From Bacteroidota bacterium (GTDB lineage Bacteria > Bacteroidota > Bacteroidia > Chitinophagales > LD1), in the NCBI GenBank assembly GCA_025963485.1, contig JAOQAO010000074.1, forward strand, positions 7,222-71,221: DNA of 64,000 nt, in the 5' to 3' direction. This document shows, one piece after another, positions 46,480-57,296 of this stretch. A program made the position numbers and the translations under genes. The notes below the pieces were generated by a model that was not told the origin of the DNA, made no database searches, and worked only from the letters and a program-made list of their open reading frames with translations. The first letter of the stretch is position 1. Every line of letters begins with the position of its first letter.

Positions 46480-48879
46480 GTGAGAATATTCGCATTTTTC
46501 GTCTCTTCGGCCGTTACCATCGGACTTATTGTCGCACTCAATAATCCACTCGGCCCCGCTCCCGCCCCCGGCAAATTCTTCGACCCATACAATGGTTTCT
46601 GGCAAAACGCCGAGAATACAAGCCACTTTCAGAATATCAATCTCAATCTCGATGGCCTCAAAGATAAAGTAGAAGTCTATTTTGATGACAGGCTCGTGCC
46701 GCATGTCTATGCCAAAAATGACGAAGACCTCTTTTTCATGCAGGGCTATATCACTGCCAAAAACCGCCTCTGGCAGATGGAGATCCAGACGCATAATGCA
46801 GCCGGCCGTGTCTCTGAAGTGGCTGGCGAAAAGGCCCTCCCCACAGACCGTATGCAGCGCAGGATCGGCCTCGGCTTCGGTGCGGAAAACTCCAAAGCCT
46901 TTATCGAAAAAGATGCACAGAGCAATGACCTCATCAGGGCCTACTGCGCAGGCGTCAATGCTTATATCAAGACCCTGAAACCCAAAGACTACCCTATAGA
47001 ATACAAACTGCTCGGCTATGCGCCGGAAGAATGGACACCGATCAAGGTGGCCCTGCTGCTAAAGAATATGGCAAACATGCTCTCTGTTTATGAATTCGAT
47101 ATAGAGAATACCAACTTCGTCGCCAAATATGGCATCGACCAGTTTCATCAGCTATATCCGGAGCGGGATTCATTTACCGACTATATCATCCCGCAGGGTA
47201 CTAAGTGGGATTTTGCCGGTGATACGACCATACCACAAGGGCAGACCCTCGCCAGCCTCTACAACAATGCTATAGAAAAACCACGCGAACTCAATGGCTC
47301 CAACAACTGGGCCGTATCGGGCAGCAAAACCAAATCCGGCAAACCGCTGCTCTGCAATGATCCGCATCTCAAGCTCAACCTGCCGTCTATCTGGTATGAG
47401 ATGCACCTCGTTTCGCCTTCTATGAATGTCTATGGCGCTACACTGCCGGGTGCTCCTTGCGTGATCAGCGGCTTCAATGACTCCATCGCCTGGGGCGTGA
47501 CCAATGGAGGCCGCGATGTGCGTGATTGGTTTACGGTGAAGTTTAAAGATGATAGCCACAATGAATACCTGCTCGACAGTCAGTGGGTCAAGACCGAGCG
47601 CAGGATAGAGCATATCAAGATCAAAGGCGGTAAGGAGTTTCTCGATACGGTCATGTACACGCGTTTCGGTCCTATCGTATTTGATAAGAGTTTTGGTGAT
47701 GTGAAATCAAAGCAATACCTGTCGATGAAGTGGACAGCGCATCAGGGTTCCAATGAGTTCAAAACATTCTACCTGCTCAATAGGGGCAAGAACTATGACA
47801 ACTATACGGATGCGCTCACTAACTACTCCTGCCCATCACAGAACTTTGTATTCGCTGCGCGAAATGGTGATATAGCGATCAAAGAACAAGGCACCCTTCC
47901 GTTCACCAAATCCTTCGTGACCGATGGCAGCAAATCAGAAAATGACTGGAATAAAATGATCCCCAATGCCAACAACCCTCACATCAAAAATCCCGGTCGC
48001 GGTTTTGTGTCTAGTGCAAATCAGTTTCCCGCAGATCACACGTATCCATATCCCGTCTCTCACGTCGGTATCTATGAGAATTCCCGCGCTATGCGCATAA
48101 ACAGGTTGCTGGAGGATACCAATAAAATGGACGTAGCCTATATGCAGCGAATGCAGCGTGATAACTATAATTTGATAGCCTCACTGACCCTCCCGACCCT
48201 GCTCCGTGTGATAGACCGCAGTAAATTAACAAACGACGAAAAGGAAGTGATTACCGCTTTGGACAAATGGGACTACAACGACAATGCAGATTCCAAAACC
48301 ACCGTGCTCTATGAATCATGGTATGATGAACTGAATGACTTGCTCTGGGATGAAATGAGCGACCCATCTATTCCTATGAAAAAACCCAATGCTTACACGA
48401 CGGCTTATTTCATCAAAGAGGATAGTACAAGTATCTTTTACGACAATCAGCAAACAGGCGAAAGAGAAACCCGCGACATGATCGTACTGGAAAGTTTTGA
48501 CAAAGCGATGTATAAGCTCAAACAGCAATACGGCTCCCTCGCCAATATCAAAGATTGGGGTACGCATAAGGCAACAGTGGTACATCACATGTCACCTGCC
48601 CTGGATGCTTTCAGCAGGATGAATGTATACTGCGGTGGCAATCGCGGCATCATCAATGCGACCAGCCATGACCATGGGCCAAGCTGGAGGATGATTGTGG
48701 ACTTTGGCGAGATGAAGGGGTACTGCCTGTATCCCGGTGGCGAATCCGGTAATCCAGGCAGCAAATTCTATGACGATATGATAGACAAATGGGCGAAGGG
48801 TGAATACTACGTCGCTAAATTTGAGCCTAAGGAGCAGCTCGAAAAAGAAAAACTATTTAAGATAACAGCAACGAAGTAG
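46480..48879 (+). CDS. Penicillin/AHL acylase-family Ntn hydrolase
   Basis: 799 aa with NGSNNWAVSG (nucleophile Ser after the spacer) and LCNDPHL, with a GTG start. Confidence 0.85.
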   Translation: MRIFAFFVSSAVTIGLIVALNNPLGPAPAPGKFFDPYNGFWQNAENTSHFQNINLNLDGLKDKVEVYFDDRLVPHVYAKNDEDLFFMQGYITAKNRLWQMEIQTHNAAGRVSEVAGEKALPTDRMQRRIGLGFGAENSKAFIEKDAQSNDLIRAYCAGVNAYIKTLKPKDYPIEYKLLGYAPEEWTPIKVALLLKNMANMLSVYEFDIENTNFVAKYGIDQFHQLYPERDSFTDYIIPQGTKWDFAGDTTIPQGQTLASLYNNAIEKPRELNGSNNWAVSGSKTKSGKPLLCNDPHLKLNLPSIWYEMHLVSPSMNVYGATLPGAPCVISGFNDSIAWGVTNGGRDVRDWFTVKFKDDSHNEYLLDSQWVKTERRIEHIKIKGGKEFLDTVMYTRFGPIVFDKSFGDVKSKQYLSMKWTAHQGSNEFKTFYLLNRGKNYDNYTDALTNYSCPSQNFVFAARNGDIAIKEQGTLPFTKSFVTDGSKSENDWNKMIPNANNPHIKNPGRGFVSSANQFPADHTYPYPVSHVGIYENSRAMRINRLLEDTNKMDVAYMQRMQRDNYNLIASLTLPTLLRVIDRSKLTNDEKEVITALDKWDYNDNADSKTTVLYESWYDELNDLLWDEMSDPSIPMKKPNAYTTAYFIKEDSTSIFYDNQQTGERETRDMIVLESFDKAMYKLKQQYGSLANIKDWGTHKATVVHHMSPALDAFSRMNVYCGGNRGIINATSHDHGPSWRMIVDFGEMKGYCLYPGGESGNPGSKFYDDMIDKWAKGEYYVAKFEPKEQLEKEKLFKITATK

Positions 48880-48925
48880 AGAACAGAGATTAGAGAATAA
48901 CGAATAGATAAATACAATTCAATAC

Positions 48926-49267
48926 ATGAAACTTTTATTTCCGATCATAGCTATTGCCCTTGTATGCGCTATCGCACAAAACTTCCTGCCATGGTGGAGC
49001 ATTGCTCCTATAGCGTTTATCATCGCCTATCTGCTCAGGCTAAAGCCCGGTATGGGATTTCTGGCAGGATTCCTTGCCCTGTTTATCCTCTGGGGGGCTA
49101 TGGCTTTCAAAATAGATTTCTCTAATGACCATATCCTCTCCGGCCGGATCGCATTGCTATTCCCTCTCAAAGGAAACTATGTCCTCCTGTTCCTTGTGAC
49201 AGGCTTGATAGGCGGACTGGTAGCAGGTTTTGGAGCTTTGAGCGGCGCATTGCTGAGAAAAAACTAA
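48926..49267 (+). CDS. Hypothetical 4-TM membrane protein
   Basis: 113-aa hydrophobic ORF. Confidence 0.5.
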   Translation: MKLLFPIIAIALVCAIAQNFLPWWSIAPIAFIIAYLLRLKPGMGFLAGFLALFILWGAMAFKIDFSNDHILSGRIALLFPLKGNYVLLFLVTGLIGGLVAGFGALSGALLRKN

Positions 49268-49271
49268 ACCC

Positions 49272-49766
49272 ATGAGCGAAGAATACAAAATACCCGCAAA
49301 AACCCACATCGGGCACGTGCACCTGAAGGTCTCAGACATTAAGCGATCATTAGGCTTCTACTGCGACCTTCTCGGGTTTGAGCTTCAGATGATGTATGGA
49401 GATAGTGCTGCATTTATTTCCGCAGGAGGGTATCATCATCATATCGGGTTAAACACCTGGTATAGTAAAGGTTCACATCCTGCTACCCAGCGCTCGGTAG
49501 GACTATTCCATACTGCTATCGTATATCCTGAGAGAAAAGACCTTGCTGCTATCTTTGCCCGACTTCGCGAGGCGAAGTATCCTTTCACGGGTGCCTCAGA
49601 TCACGGCGTATCCGAAGCCCTCTACCTCGATGATCCGGATGGCAATGGCGTAGAACTATACTGGGACCGCCCCAAAGAACTCTGGCCGCAGAAGGCGGAT
49701 GGATCGCTGGAGATGTTCACGCTGCCGCTGGATATAGAAGACTTATTGAAGGAATTGGAAAAATAA
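49272..49766 (+). CDS. VOC-family (glyoxalase/dioxygenase-fold) protein
   Basis: IGHVHLKVSDIKRSLGFYCDLLGFE and HHHIGLN. Confidence 0.8.
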   Translation: MSEEYKIPAKTHIGHVHLKVSDIKRSLGFYCDLLGFELQMMYGDSAAFISAGGYHHHIGLNTWYSKGSHPATQRSVGLFHTAIVYPERKDLAAIFARLREAKYPFTGASDHGVSEALYLDDPDGNGVELYWDRPKELWPQKADGSLEMFTLPLDIEDLLKELEK

Positions 49767-50357
49767 TTATCCCTTCACTTTCCCATATCTATAGTGCCCG
49801 GTGATATGAAAATTGAAAAGGCAATCAGCAAGCACCTGCCCGCCACCCATATTGTGTACCATCATACGGCGCTTCTTATCATCGGTAGATAGCCTGTCGA
49901 CCATCACACCTATATGGACTATACCGTGCCCGAGGTCCCAGGTCACGATGTCTCCGGGTTTATAGTCCGCAGCATTCAGCGTCATAGGCAGCCTGGCACC
50001 ATGCCTTTCAAAAAACACCATCAGATTCTGCACCCGCCTGTGATCTATATTGGCATCAGCCTTTTTCAGCCCCCAGATATTCGGATACAGATCAAAGTGT
50101 GCGACCATATCCTGGTGTACTTCTTTCTGCAGGTCTATACCGACCTTGCGATAGGCTCTGATGATGACATCAGTACAGACGCCTTTGTCGGGCGCCACAT
50201 CACCATTGGGATACGGGATAGTTACATAAGTGGGATCGTAGGTCACCTTCTGGTCCGTAAGGCTAATGGCAGCATCGGATAAGTTATCAAAGAAATTAAC
50301 CCAAGATGCGACTGGTTTTACAATGCATAGCAAAGCCAGAAAGACTGTTTTCAGCAT
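49767..50357 (-). CDS. DUF1287-family protein
   Basis: YDPTYVTIPYPNGDVAPDKGVCTDVIIRAYRKVGIDLQ...NIDHRRVQNL matches my memory of DUF1287. Confidence 0.7.
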   Translation of the reverse strand: MLKTVFLALLCIVKPVASWVNFFDNLSDAAISLTDQKVTYDPTYVTIPYPNGDVAPDKGVCTDVIIRAYRKVGIDLQKEVHQDMVAHFDLYPNIWGLKKADANIDHRRVQNLMVFFERHGARLPMTLNAADYKPGDIVTWDLGHGIVHIGVMVDRLSTDDKKRRMMVHNMGGGQVLADCLFNFHITGHYRYGKVKG

Positions 50358-50394
50358 GATTGCCTTTTCTCCAATAAACGCAGGTGGAGCGATC

Positions 50395-50859
50395 CTATTG
50401 TGAGATTGGCCTGTGTTCCATAAACCAATATTGATCCGTGCCGGAGGTCACATTAAACCCCAACCTTTCATATAGTCTCCGGGCGCGCAGGTTAGAGCGG
50501 AGTGGTTTCAGTTTCAGGAGTGCTTTCCTTTCTGAAGCTCCTTCGATAAAACCTTGCACTATTTTTGTACCAATGCCCTGGCCCTGGTATTGCGCCAGCA
50601 GATAAAGAGGGCCCAATTCAGTTTCCTCCATATTATCCCGCCATCCTACTACGCCACAAGGTCGCTCATCCCAAAGGATAATGTGGATATTGCGGGTGTC
50701 AAAGTCAGCGTCGGCAAAGCGGTACTGAATCTCCTCATCCCATCCGAATATAGCCTCAATGCTCTCCCGGTAGGACTCATGATGCACCTTCCTGAAAAAT
50801 TCCCTGTCCCTGTCCGTCGCCTTTACAATAGTGACGCTAATAGCTTTCTCTTTGTCCAT
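50395..50859 (-). CDS. GNAT-family N-acetyltransferase
   Basis: The acetyl-CoA motif QYQGQGIGTKIV is present. Start chosen at MDKEKAIS. Confidence 0.8.
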   Translation of the reverse strand: MDKEKAISVTIVKATDRDREFFRKVHHESYRESIEAIFGWDEEIQYRFADADFDTRNIHIILWDERPCGVVGWRDNMEETELGPLYLLAQYQGQGIGTKIVQGFIEGASERKALLKLKPLRSNLRARRLYERLGFNVTSGTDQYWFMEHRPISQ

Positions 50860-50996
50860 TATCCATAAAAGTATAAAAGTATTTTTGTCGCGCCGGGGAT
50901 AAAGCAGAGTGATATTCATCATCCCATCCGACTCGATTTTTTATGTAATTTCACGAAAGGAAATCATACATGAACGATCACAAATCATAAATAGCC

Positions 50997-52154
50997 ATGC
51001 CCCATTTCGTCACAAGAGGTACAGTGCCACACAAGCGCCATACACAATTCAGGAAACCTGATGGAGGGCTCTACTCCGAGCAGCTCGTGAGTACGGAAGG
51101 TTTCTCCAATATATACTCCCTCATCTATCACTGCCACCCTCCTACTATGGTGTCCAAGGTGGACTTTGCCATCAACGTAGCACCTAAAATAGCTTGCGAA
51201 AAAAATATGCAGCACAGGTGCTATCGCGGATTTAAAGTAAGGCCGGAGGAGGATTACCTGAAATCGCGTAAGTACACACTGGTCAATAAAGATGTCTATA
51301 TCTCCCTCGCGGCTCCGCAGCATTCGATGAAGGATTATTTCTACAAGAATTCCGGCGCTGATGAGGTCATCTTTGTCCATGAAGGGACGGGCAAACTCAA
51401 AACCGCTTATGGCGAGTTGAAATTTGGATATGGAGACTATGTGGTCATACCGCGTGGCACCATTTACCAGATCGAGTTTGATACGCCTGACAACCGGCTC
51501 TTTATCGTCGAGTCTTTTTCACCGGTCACATATCCTAAACGCTACAGAAACGAGTTCGGCCAGCTCCTGGAGAACTCACCTTATTGCGAGCGTGACATCA
51601 GGACACCTGAGAATCTCGTGACTCATGATGAGAAGGGGGACTTCCTGGTATATATCAAGAAAGAGGATATGCTGTACCCATACCACTATATGCATCACCC
51701 CTTTGATGCTATAGGCTGGGATGGATGCCATTACCCGTTTATTTTCTCCATCCACGATTTCGAGCCCATCACGGGACGTGTACATCAGCCGCCTCCGGTC
51801 CATCAGACATTTGATGCACGCAACTTTGTCATATGCAGCTTCGTTCCCCGCAAATATGACTACCATCCTGAGTCCATACCTGCCCCTTACTTCCACAGCA
51901 ATGTGGATAGTGACGAAGTATTATATTATGTCGACGGCGACTTTATGAGCCGTAAGCATGTTGAGCGCGGTATGATCACCCTGCACCCTATCGGTATACC
52001 CCACGGGCCTCACCCGGGTACTGTGGAGAAAAGCATCGGCAAAGAGGAAACCAAGGAACTGGCGGTGATGGTGGATACTTTCCACCCGCTCCAGATATGC
52101 AAAGATGCCCTCGAGATCGAGGACCCGACCTATTATCAAAGCTGGATGGAATAG
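50997..52154 (+). CDS. hmgA: Homogentisate 1,2-dioxygenase
   Basis: 385 aa of the short bacterial HGO type (MPHFVTRGTVPHKRHTQF...ITLHPIGIPHGPHPG). Confidence 0.85.
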   Translation: MPHFVTRGTVPHKRHTQFRKPDGGLYSEQLVSTEGFSNIYSLIYHCHPPTMVSKVDFAINVAPKIACEKNMQHRCYRGFKVRPEEDYLKSRKYTLVNKDVYISLAAPQHSMKDYFYKNSGADEVIFVHEGTGKLKTAYGELKFGYGDYVVIPRGTIYQIEFDTPDNRLFIVESFSPVTYPKRYRNEFGQLLENSPYCERDIRTPENLVTHDEKGDFLVYIKKEDMLYPYHYMHHPFDAIGWDGCHYPFIFSIHDFEPITGRVHQPPPVHQTFDARNFVICSFVPRKYDYHPESIPAPYFHSNVDSDEVLYYVDGDFMSRKHVERGMITLHPIGIPHGPHPGTVEKSIGKEETKELAVMVDTFHPLQICKDALEIEDPTYYQSWME

Positions 52155-52219
52155 AAATATTAGCGAACTTGTCTGGTCACTAAATATTCTCTTAATTTGC
52201 TACAACCAAGCCCAAAATC

Positions 52220-53065
52220 ATGAAAAAATATCTCCACTTGTTTTTATTGCTTTGTATAGGATGTACTGTTAAAGCCCAGACTCAAACATTTGCGGTACAC
52301 TCCGGCCCATATTCCCAATTTCATGTATTTCGCGGCAGCGGAAATCAGGCTGGAGCAAGTTGGACTACGGCCTCCTATAATGATGCCTCATGGCTAGCTC
52401 CTGTCAATGGCTCTGTGCCGGACACCTCTGCGGGGACCAGCAGCTGTGATGGCCCAAACTGGAGTCCCTGGCATAGCGGCGACACAGCTATCTGGTCAAA
52501 TGTCACCTCCGCCCCCCCGGACACCGGATGTTTCAGAAAGGTATTGAGATTTTGCGGAACAGCTACATCAGCCAGTTTTCATATTACAGCTGACGATTAT
52601 CATACCGTATATATCAACGGGCATCTGCTGGGCATTCAACCACAGGCCTCTTCAGGCGTGATCTATACATTGACACCAACGCAGCTGGCATGGTTCGTAC
52701 CGGGTGACAATGTGATCGCGATCGAGGCGACCAATAGTACACCTTTCTGTGCATCTATGTCTATGTATGGATCAGTGACAGTGGATACAGTGGGATGCGT
52801 ATATACAGGCATCAGCAGCATCGACGCAAAGAATGTGGACGTCAGTCCCATGCCTGTCAAGAACCTCCTTCGTGTTTCCCTTCCTGCAAGCGGTGCTGCA
52901 TATACGATTAGTATCTACGATGCCATAGGACACAAACTAGCTGAACAAATGACCACGGAGGCCCAAACAGTCATGGACCTGGGCCATCTGTCAAAAGGCA
53001 TCTACCTGCTGCAAGTCTCGGATGCAGAGAACCATACTATCACTAAAAGGATAGCAAAAGATTAA
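52220..53065 (+). CDS. Secreted protein with a T9SS C-terminal sorting domain
   Basis: Signal peptide plus the C-terminus VSPMPVKNLLRVSL...GIYLLQVSDAENHTITKRIAKD. Confidence 0.7.
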   Translation: MKKYLHLFLLLCIGCTVKAQTQTFAVHSGPYSQFHVFRGSGNQAGASWTTASYNDASWLAPVNGSVPDTSAGTSSCDGPNWSPWHSGDTAIWSNVTSAPPDTGCFRKVLRFCGTATSASFHITADDYHTVYINGHLLGIQPQASSGVIYTLTPTQLAWFVPGDNVIAIEATNSTPFCASMSMYGSVTVDTVGCVYTGISSIDAKNVDVSPMPVKNLLRVSLPASGAAYTISIYDAIGHKLAEQMTTEAQTVMDLGHLSKGIYLLQVSDAENHTITKRIAKD

Positions 53066-53195
53066 CATTTGCTTCTTTATCGTCTTTAATTTTGAGTATT
53101 ATTGACCCTTTATAAAAGGAGGATGAGTTTTTTGCGTTCGTCCCGGAGATATATAATATAAAAGGCATCAAAATATTTAAACCCATTATTCTTCT

Positions 53196-54389
53196 ATGAA
53201 ATTATCGATAGTAATACCTGCACTGAATGAGCAACAGAGTATAGAAAGTATTATCAACAGAACATTAGACGCAAAACAATACATCACAGAGCACTCTCCT
53301 GTCACCGACCTGGAGATCACAGTGGTCAGCGATGGATCGACCGACAAAACCGTAGAGATCGCCAGTCAATATACAGATCGTATCAGGCTCATCATATTTG
53401 AAAAGAATAAAGGCTATGGTGCCGCTATCAAAGAGGGCTGGCGGCAGTCGACAGGAGAACTGCTGGCATTTCTTGATGCTGACGGTACCTGTGATCCACG
53501 CTTTTTTGCTGACCTGGCCAACCTCATGCAGAAAGAAAATGCAGATGTAGTACTTGGATCAAGGCTCAATAAGAACAGCGAGATGCCAGCAATAAGAAGA
53601 TTTGGTAATACTTTGTTTTCTGTTTTCTTATCCGTGGTGTCGAATGAAAATATCAGGGATACCGCCAGCGGTATGCGTATTATACGCAGGGATAGCCTGA
53701 CCAACTTGATGCCTCTGCCGGATGGATTGCATTTCACCCCGGCCATGAGCGCCCGTGCCATACTAAGCGACTACCTGAAAATATCCGAGATAGACATGCC
53801 TTATAAAGAACGGGAGGGTGAGTCTAAACTCAACGTATTGAAGGATGGCGTCCGGTTTCTCAATGTGATCGTCACGATGATCTTCATGTACCAGCCGCAA
53901 AAGATATTGCTGCCTGCATCTTTGTTGTTTTACATTCTCGGAGCAGGCCTGCTGGTCACCCCACTGCACCACTACATATCCTATCACAACGTAGAAGAAT
54001 GGATGATATACCGTGTCATCACGGGTGGTATCTTTGCCACAATCGGCACACTTTTCCTGTCGGGGGCATACCTCAGCTATAAGATAGTGTCCGAAACCAT
54101 CAATCTGTCAATATCTAAAAATATACTATACCGGATATTCAACTCCTGGATCGTCTGGACCATCGCAATACTGTTTCTGGGCACAGGTATAGGGCTGGTA
54201 TTTAATAGTGTATTGACACGGCTCGAGACAGGACACACCTATGAGCACTGGTCGAGGTATATAGCTATGTCATTTCTGGTCACCAATGCATTTGCCCTCA
54301 TTATAACCAAAGCAGTGGATTATGTTTTTGACCCGATAGTAGACCGGCTCAAATACCTGCAGTCTACCAACATGGGCGGGAACGCATAA
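53196..54389 (+). CDS. Family-2 glycosyltransferase with C-terminal TM helices (Dpm1/GtrB-like)
   Basis: LSIVIPALNEQQSI...VVSDGSTDKT...NKGYGAAIKEG...FLDADGT, followed by about 4 C-terminal TM helices. Confidence 0.85.
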   Translation: MKLSIVIPALNEQQSIESIINRTLDAKQYITEHSPVTDLEITVVSDGSTDKTVEIASQYTDRIRLIIFEKNKGYGAAIKEGWRQSTGELLAFLDADGTCDPRFFADLANLMQKENADVVLGSRLNKNSEMPAIRRFGNTLFSVFLSVVSNENIRDTASGMRIIRRDSLTNLMPLPDGLHFTPAMSARAILSDYLKISEIDMPYKEREGESKLNVLKDGVRFLNVIVTMIFMYQPQKILLPASLLFYILGAGLLVTPLHHYISYHNVEEWMIYRVITGGIFATIGTLFLSGAYLSYKIVSETINLSISKNILYRIFNSWIVWTIAILFLGTGIGLVFNSVLTRLETGHTYEHWSRYIAMSFLVTNAFALIITKAVDYVFDPIVDRLKYLQSTNMGGNA

Positions 54390-54431
54390 AAGAAAACAAT
54401 ACTTAATTTTATAGTCTTAACAGAACAGAGT

Positions 54432-56009
54432 ATGGCAAAAACAAAACCTGCAGTAGCTCCTAAAAGAGAAGTGAAGCCAAAACAATCCGCTCCTGTCAAA
54501 CCAATTCCCTGGGCTAAATATGGTATGTGGGCAGCACTCGTTGTCATCTCTATTACTTTCTGGTTTTTATATAATACGATCTTCGATCACAAGCCCGATA
54601 TGAATGGTGATAATTTCGCCTACATACTCCTGGGCAAAAGGTTTATAGCAGGACTTGGCTTCACAGATGCGACATCGCGTGAATTACGCCCGCATATTCA
54701 CTTCTCTCCGGGATATCCCCTTATGATCGCGGGGATCATGAAAATATTCGGAGAGGAACAGGATACAATCAGCTTTGCAAATGGTGTAATGATGTACCTG
54801 TCACTTATCCTTCTATTCTTTATCGGCAGGAGGCTGACAGGATCTACCATTGCTGCTTTTGTAATTGCATTCCTATGTGCGGTCAATTCTTTCCTCTTGC
54901 GCTTCAGTACCATCACGATGAGTGAGATCCCATACGTATTTATCTGTACGCTGGCCATATATACCTTCATACGGGCAGTAGACGACCCGCGCAACTGGAA
55001 GAGCCCATGGCTATATATTTCTATCGCTTTGATGGTCTTCTCTTATTATATGAAAGCTAACTCTATTGCATTTCTCGTCGGGATGGGTGCCTACTTCCTC
55101 TTCAGCCGCGACTGGCGGCGAATGCTGATCTCTGTCGTTTTATTCATTGCAGCGATATTCCCATGGTATCTGCGTACCAAGCGAACAGGCAGTTCCTATA
55201 TGTCTCAGATGATGCAGGTCAATCCATACAAACCCGAACTCGGCAAGGTAACTTTGCCCACCATGATCGAGAGGATTCATAGTAATATCATCCGCTACTT
55301 CACCTGCGACATACCGCTCAATATATTCCCCAATGAGACCAACGCCGATAAGGCCTCTACGGGCTACTGGATACTAGGCATGGCGATGCTCGGACTGATG
55401 CTCTGGGGGCTATATAAGCTCAAAGACCTGCGACTGCTTATCCTGGGCTATTTTGCAGGGTCCCTCGCCATCCTTATGATCTGGCCTACAGAGTACGGCT
55501 TCATTCGCTATGCCACACCTTTTGTACCGATCATACTCCTTCTCTGTATCAATGGTATCAAGGCCCTCGCTGATCTCGCCATCGGTGAGAAAAACGGCTC
55601 GTATGTTACCCTTGGATTTCTGCTGGTAGGACTGGTTTATTCCAAACCGATAGACCAACTGGAAGAACAGGCCAGGCAACCCATACAGCCAAACTATGAG
55701 AACTATTTTGCCATAGCACGGTGGGCAAAGGAACATACTCCTAAGGATGCCACATTCAGTGCCAGGAAACCGGATATGTTTATCTACTACTCTGACCGTA
55801 TGTGCATAGGAGACAAGCCATCCCTGATAGACACAGAGGTCCTGGATTTCTTTCGCGAGCATAAGGTCGACTATGTATGCGTAGAGCAACTTGGATTTTC
55901 TTCAACAGGAAAATACCTTATACCTGCGCTACAGAAAAATCCTGCAAATTTCGAAGTGGTGTATCATTTGCCTAACCCCGATACCTACCTCCTGAAATTT
56001 AAGCCATAA
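54432..56009 (+). CDS. GT-C-fold membrane glycosyltransferase (ArnT/PMT-like)
   Basis: 525 aa with about 11 TM helices, an acidic first loop (KPDMNGDNFAY) and a soluble C-terminal domain. Confidence 0.7.
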   Translation: MAKTKPAVAPKREVKPKQSAPVKPIPWAKYGMWAALVVISITFWFLYNTIFDHKPDMNGDNFAYILLGKRFIAGLGFTDATSRELRPHIHFSPGYPLMIAGIMKIFGEEQDTISFANGVMMYLSLILLFFIGRRLTGSTIAAFVIAFLCAVNSFLLRFSTITMSEIPYVFICTLAIYTFIRAVDDPRNWKSPWLYISIALMVFSYYMKANSIAFLVGMGAYFLFSRDWRRMLISVVLFIAAIFPWYLRTKRTGSSYMSQMMQVNPYKPELGKVTLPTMIERIHSNIIRYFTCDIPLNIFPNETNADKASTGYWILGMAMLGLMLWGLYKLKDLRLLILGYFAGSLAILMIWPTEYGFIRYATPFVPIILLLCINGIKALADLAIGEKNGSYVTLGFLLVGLVYSKPIDQLEEQARQPIQPNYENYFAIARWAKEHTPKDATFSARKPDMFIYYSDRMCIGDKPSLIDTEVLDFFREHKVDYVCVEQLGFSSTGKYLIPALQKNPANFEVVYHLPNPDTYLLKFKP

Positions 56010-56012
56010 CTA

Positions 56013-57266
56013 TTAAGCCGAAGTGATCTGCTTATTCAGCTCTATCAGCCTTATCAATCGATTGACGCTGGCCTCTGAGTCCTTTACAAAAGGATTATTC
56101 TGGTCCCAAACATAGCCTGCTAGTACAGAGCATATCTTGGCTACGATATCATGTGGTCGCTGCTCATTGAAAAATATTTTCTGCAGGCGGCCATCATACC
56201 ATGCCATCACATAGGTGCGGAAAGCATTGACACCGATCATGCATTCATCCATGTATTCCTTTTGCCAGTCTACTTTTTCGCCTTGCAGTTGCCTGATCAC
56301 CAGATGGGCTGCTCGCTGTGCGGACACGGTAGCTAGTGTCACGCCAGAGGAGAATATCGGATCAAGGAACTCCGTGACATTCCCGGTCAGTACGAAACCA
56401 TCACCATAAAAACTATCGCAGGTAGAAGACCATGATTGCAATATCCTCGGTTCAAACATAAACTCACAACCCTCAAAACGCTCAGCAATATTCGGATCAG
56501 AAGCTATAGCTGCGCGCAGTTGCTCCTCAGGGGTGCCGGTAAAGCTATCAAAGAATGAGGGCTCGGCTACAAAGCCGCATGAGGTGATCCCATCAGAAAA
56601 AGGGATACACCAAACCCAAACTCCGGGTGAATGATCGACGATGAGAATGCGGTTAGGCTCAGTATAGTTCATATCCAGGCGACGTACATCGCGTATGTGA
56701 GTAAAGAGCGCTTTGCGGGGAGGCAGATTTGACTCGCGCTCCAGGCCAAACATCTTTGGTATCACACGGCCATAGCCGCTGCCATCTACGATGAAGCGCG
56801 CCTTGATCTGCTTCTCGCTGCCATCAGCTTTAGTCACTGTAGTCAAAGAATCTGTTCCTTCAAATACTATTTTGGTCACTGTAGTTTGATACTCCACTGC
56901 TACACCCATTTCCTCCACAGCCATCGCAAGTGTATGGTCAAAATCCGCTCGCTTGACCTGCCATGTATGCGTCCAGCCTTTAGTAAACTGGTCAGAGAAA
57001 TTGAAGTCCATGATCTGTTTATCTGCATTGACGAACTTAGCGCCAAACTTTTCCTGAAAGCCTTTGGCCTGGATATAGGGCAGGAAACCTGCCTCCTCTA
57101 ATGGCTCCATGCATTTAGGCAAAAGACTCTCACCGATCACAAAGCGCGGGAATTGCATTTTCTCCACGATCTTTACTTTATATCCGGCCTTATTAATAAT
57201 AGAAGCTGCAACGGTCCCCGAAGGACCTGCACCAATGACTAATACGTCTACCTGTTCTACAGACAT
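56013..57266 (-). CDS. Flavin-dependent halogenase-like FAD oxidoreductase
   Basis: GAGPSG (GxGxxG), FPRFVIGESLLP and WVWCIP, which matches the WxWxIP halogenase motif. Confidence 0.75.
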   Translation of the reverse strand: MSVEQVDVLVIGAGPSGTVAASIINKAGYKVKIVEKMQFPRFVIGESLLPKCMEPLEEAGFLPYIQAKGFQEKFGAKFVNADKQIMDFNFSDQFTKGWTHTWQVKRADFDHTLAMAVEEMGVAVEYQTTVTKIVFEGTDSLTTVTKADGSEKQIKARFIVDGSGYGRVIPKMFGLERESNLPPRKALFTHIRDVRRLDMNYTEPNRILIVDHSPGVWVWCIPFSDGITSCGFVAEPSFFDSFTGTPEEQLRAAIASDPNIAERFEGCEFMFEPRILQSWSSTCDSFYGDGFVLTGNVTEFLDPIFSSGVTLATVSAQRAAHLVIRQLQGEKVDWQKEYMDECMIGVNAFRTYVMAWYDGRLQKIFFNEQRPHDIVAKICSVLAGYVWDQNNPFVKDSEASVNRLIRLIELNKQITSA

Positions 57267-57296
57267 TTATTTTATTTTTAATAACAATAATACAAA

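Noticed and set aside
49281-49293. GAATACAAAATAC identical to 8761-8773, lying 14 nt after a stop codon but inside the first codons of the VOC gene
   Set aside because: Roughly 30 identical 13-mer pairs are expected by chance in 64 kb (N squared over 2, divided by 4 to the 13th). This copy is within coding sequence and has no preceding low-complexity tract, so I did not count it as a member of the intergenic box family. The same applies to GAATACAAA inside the acylase gene near 46991.
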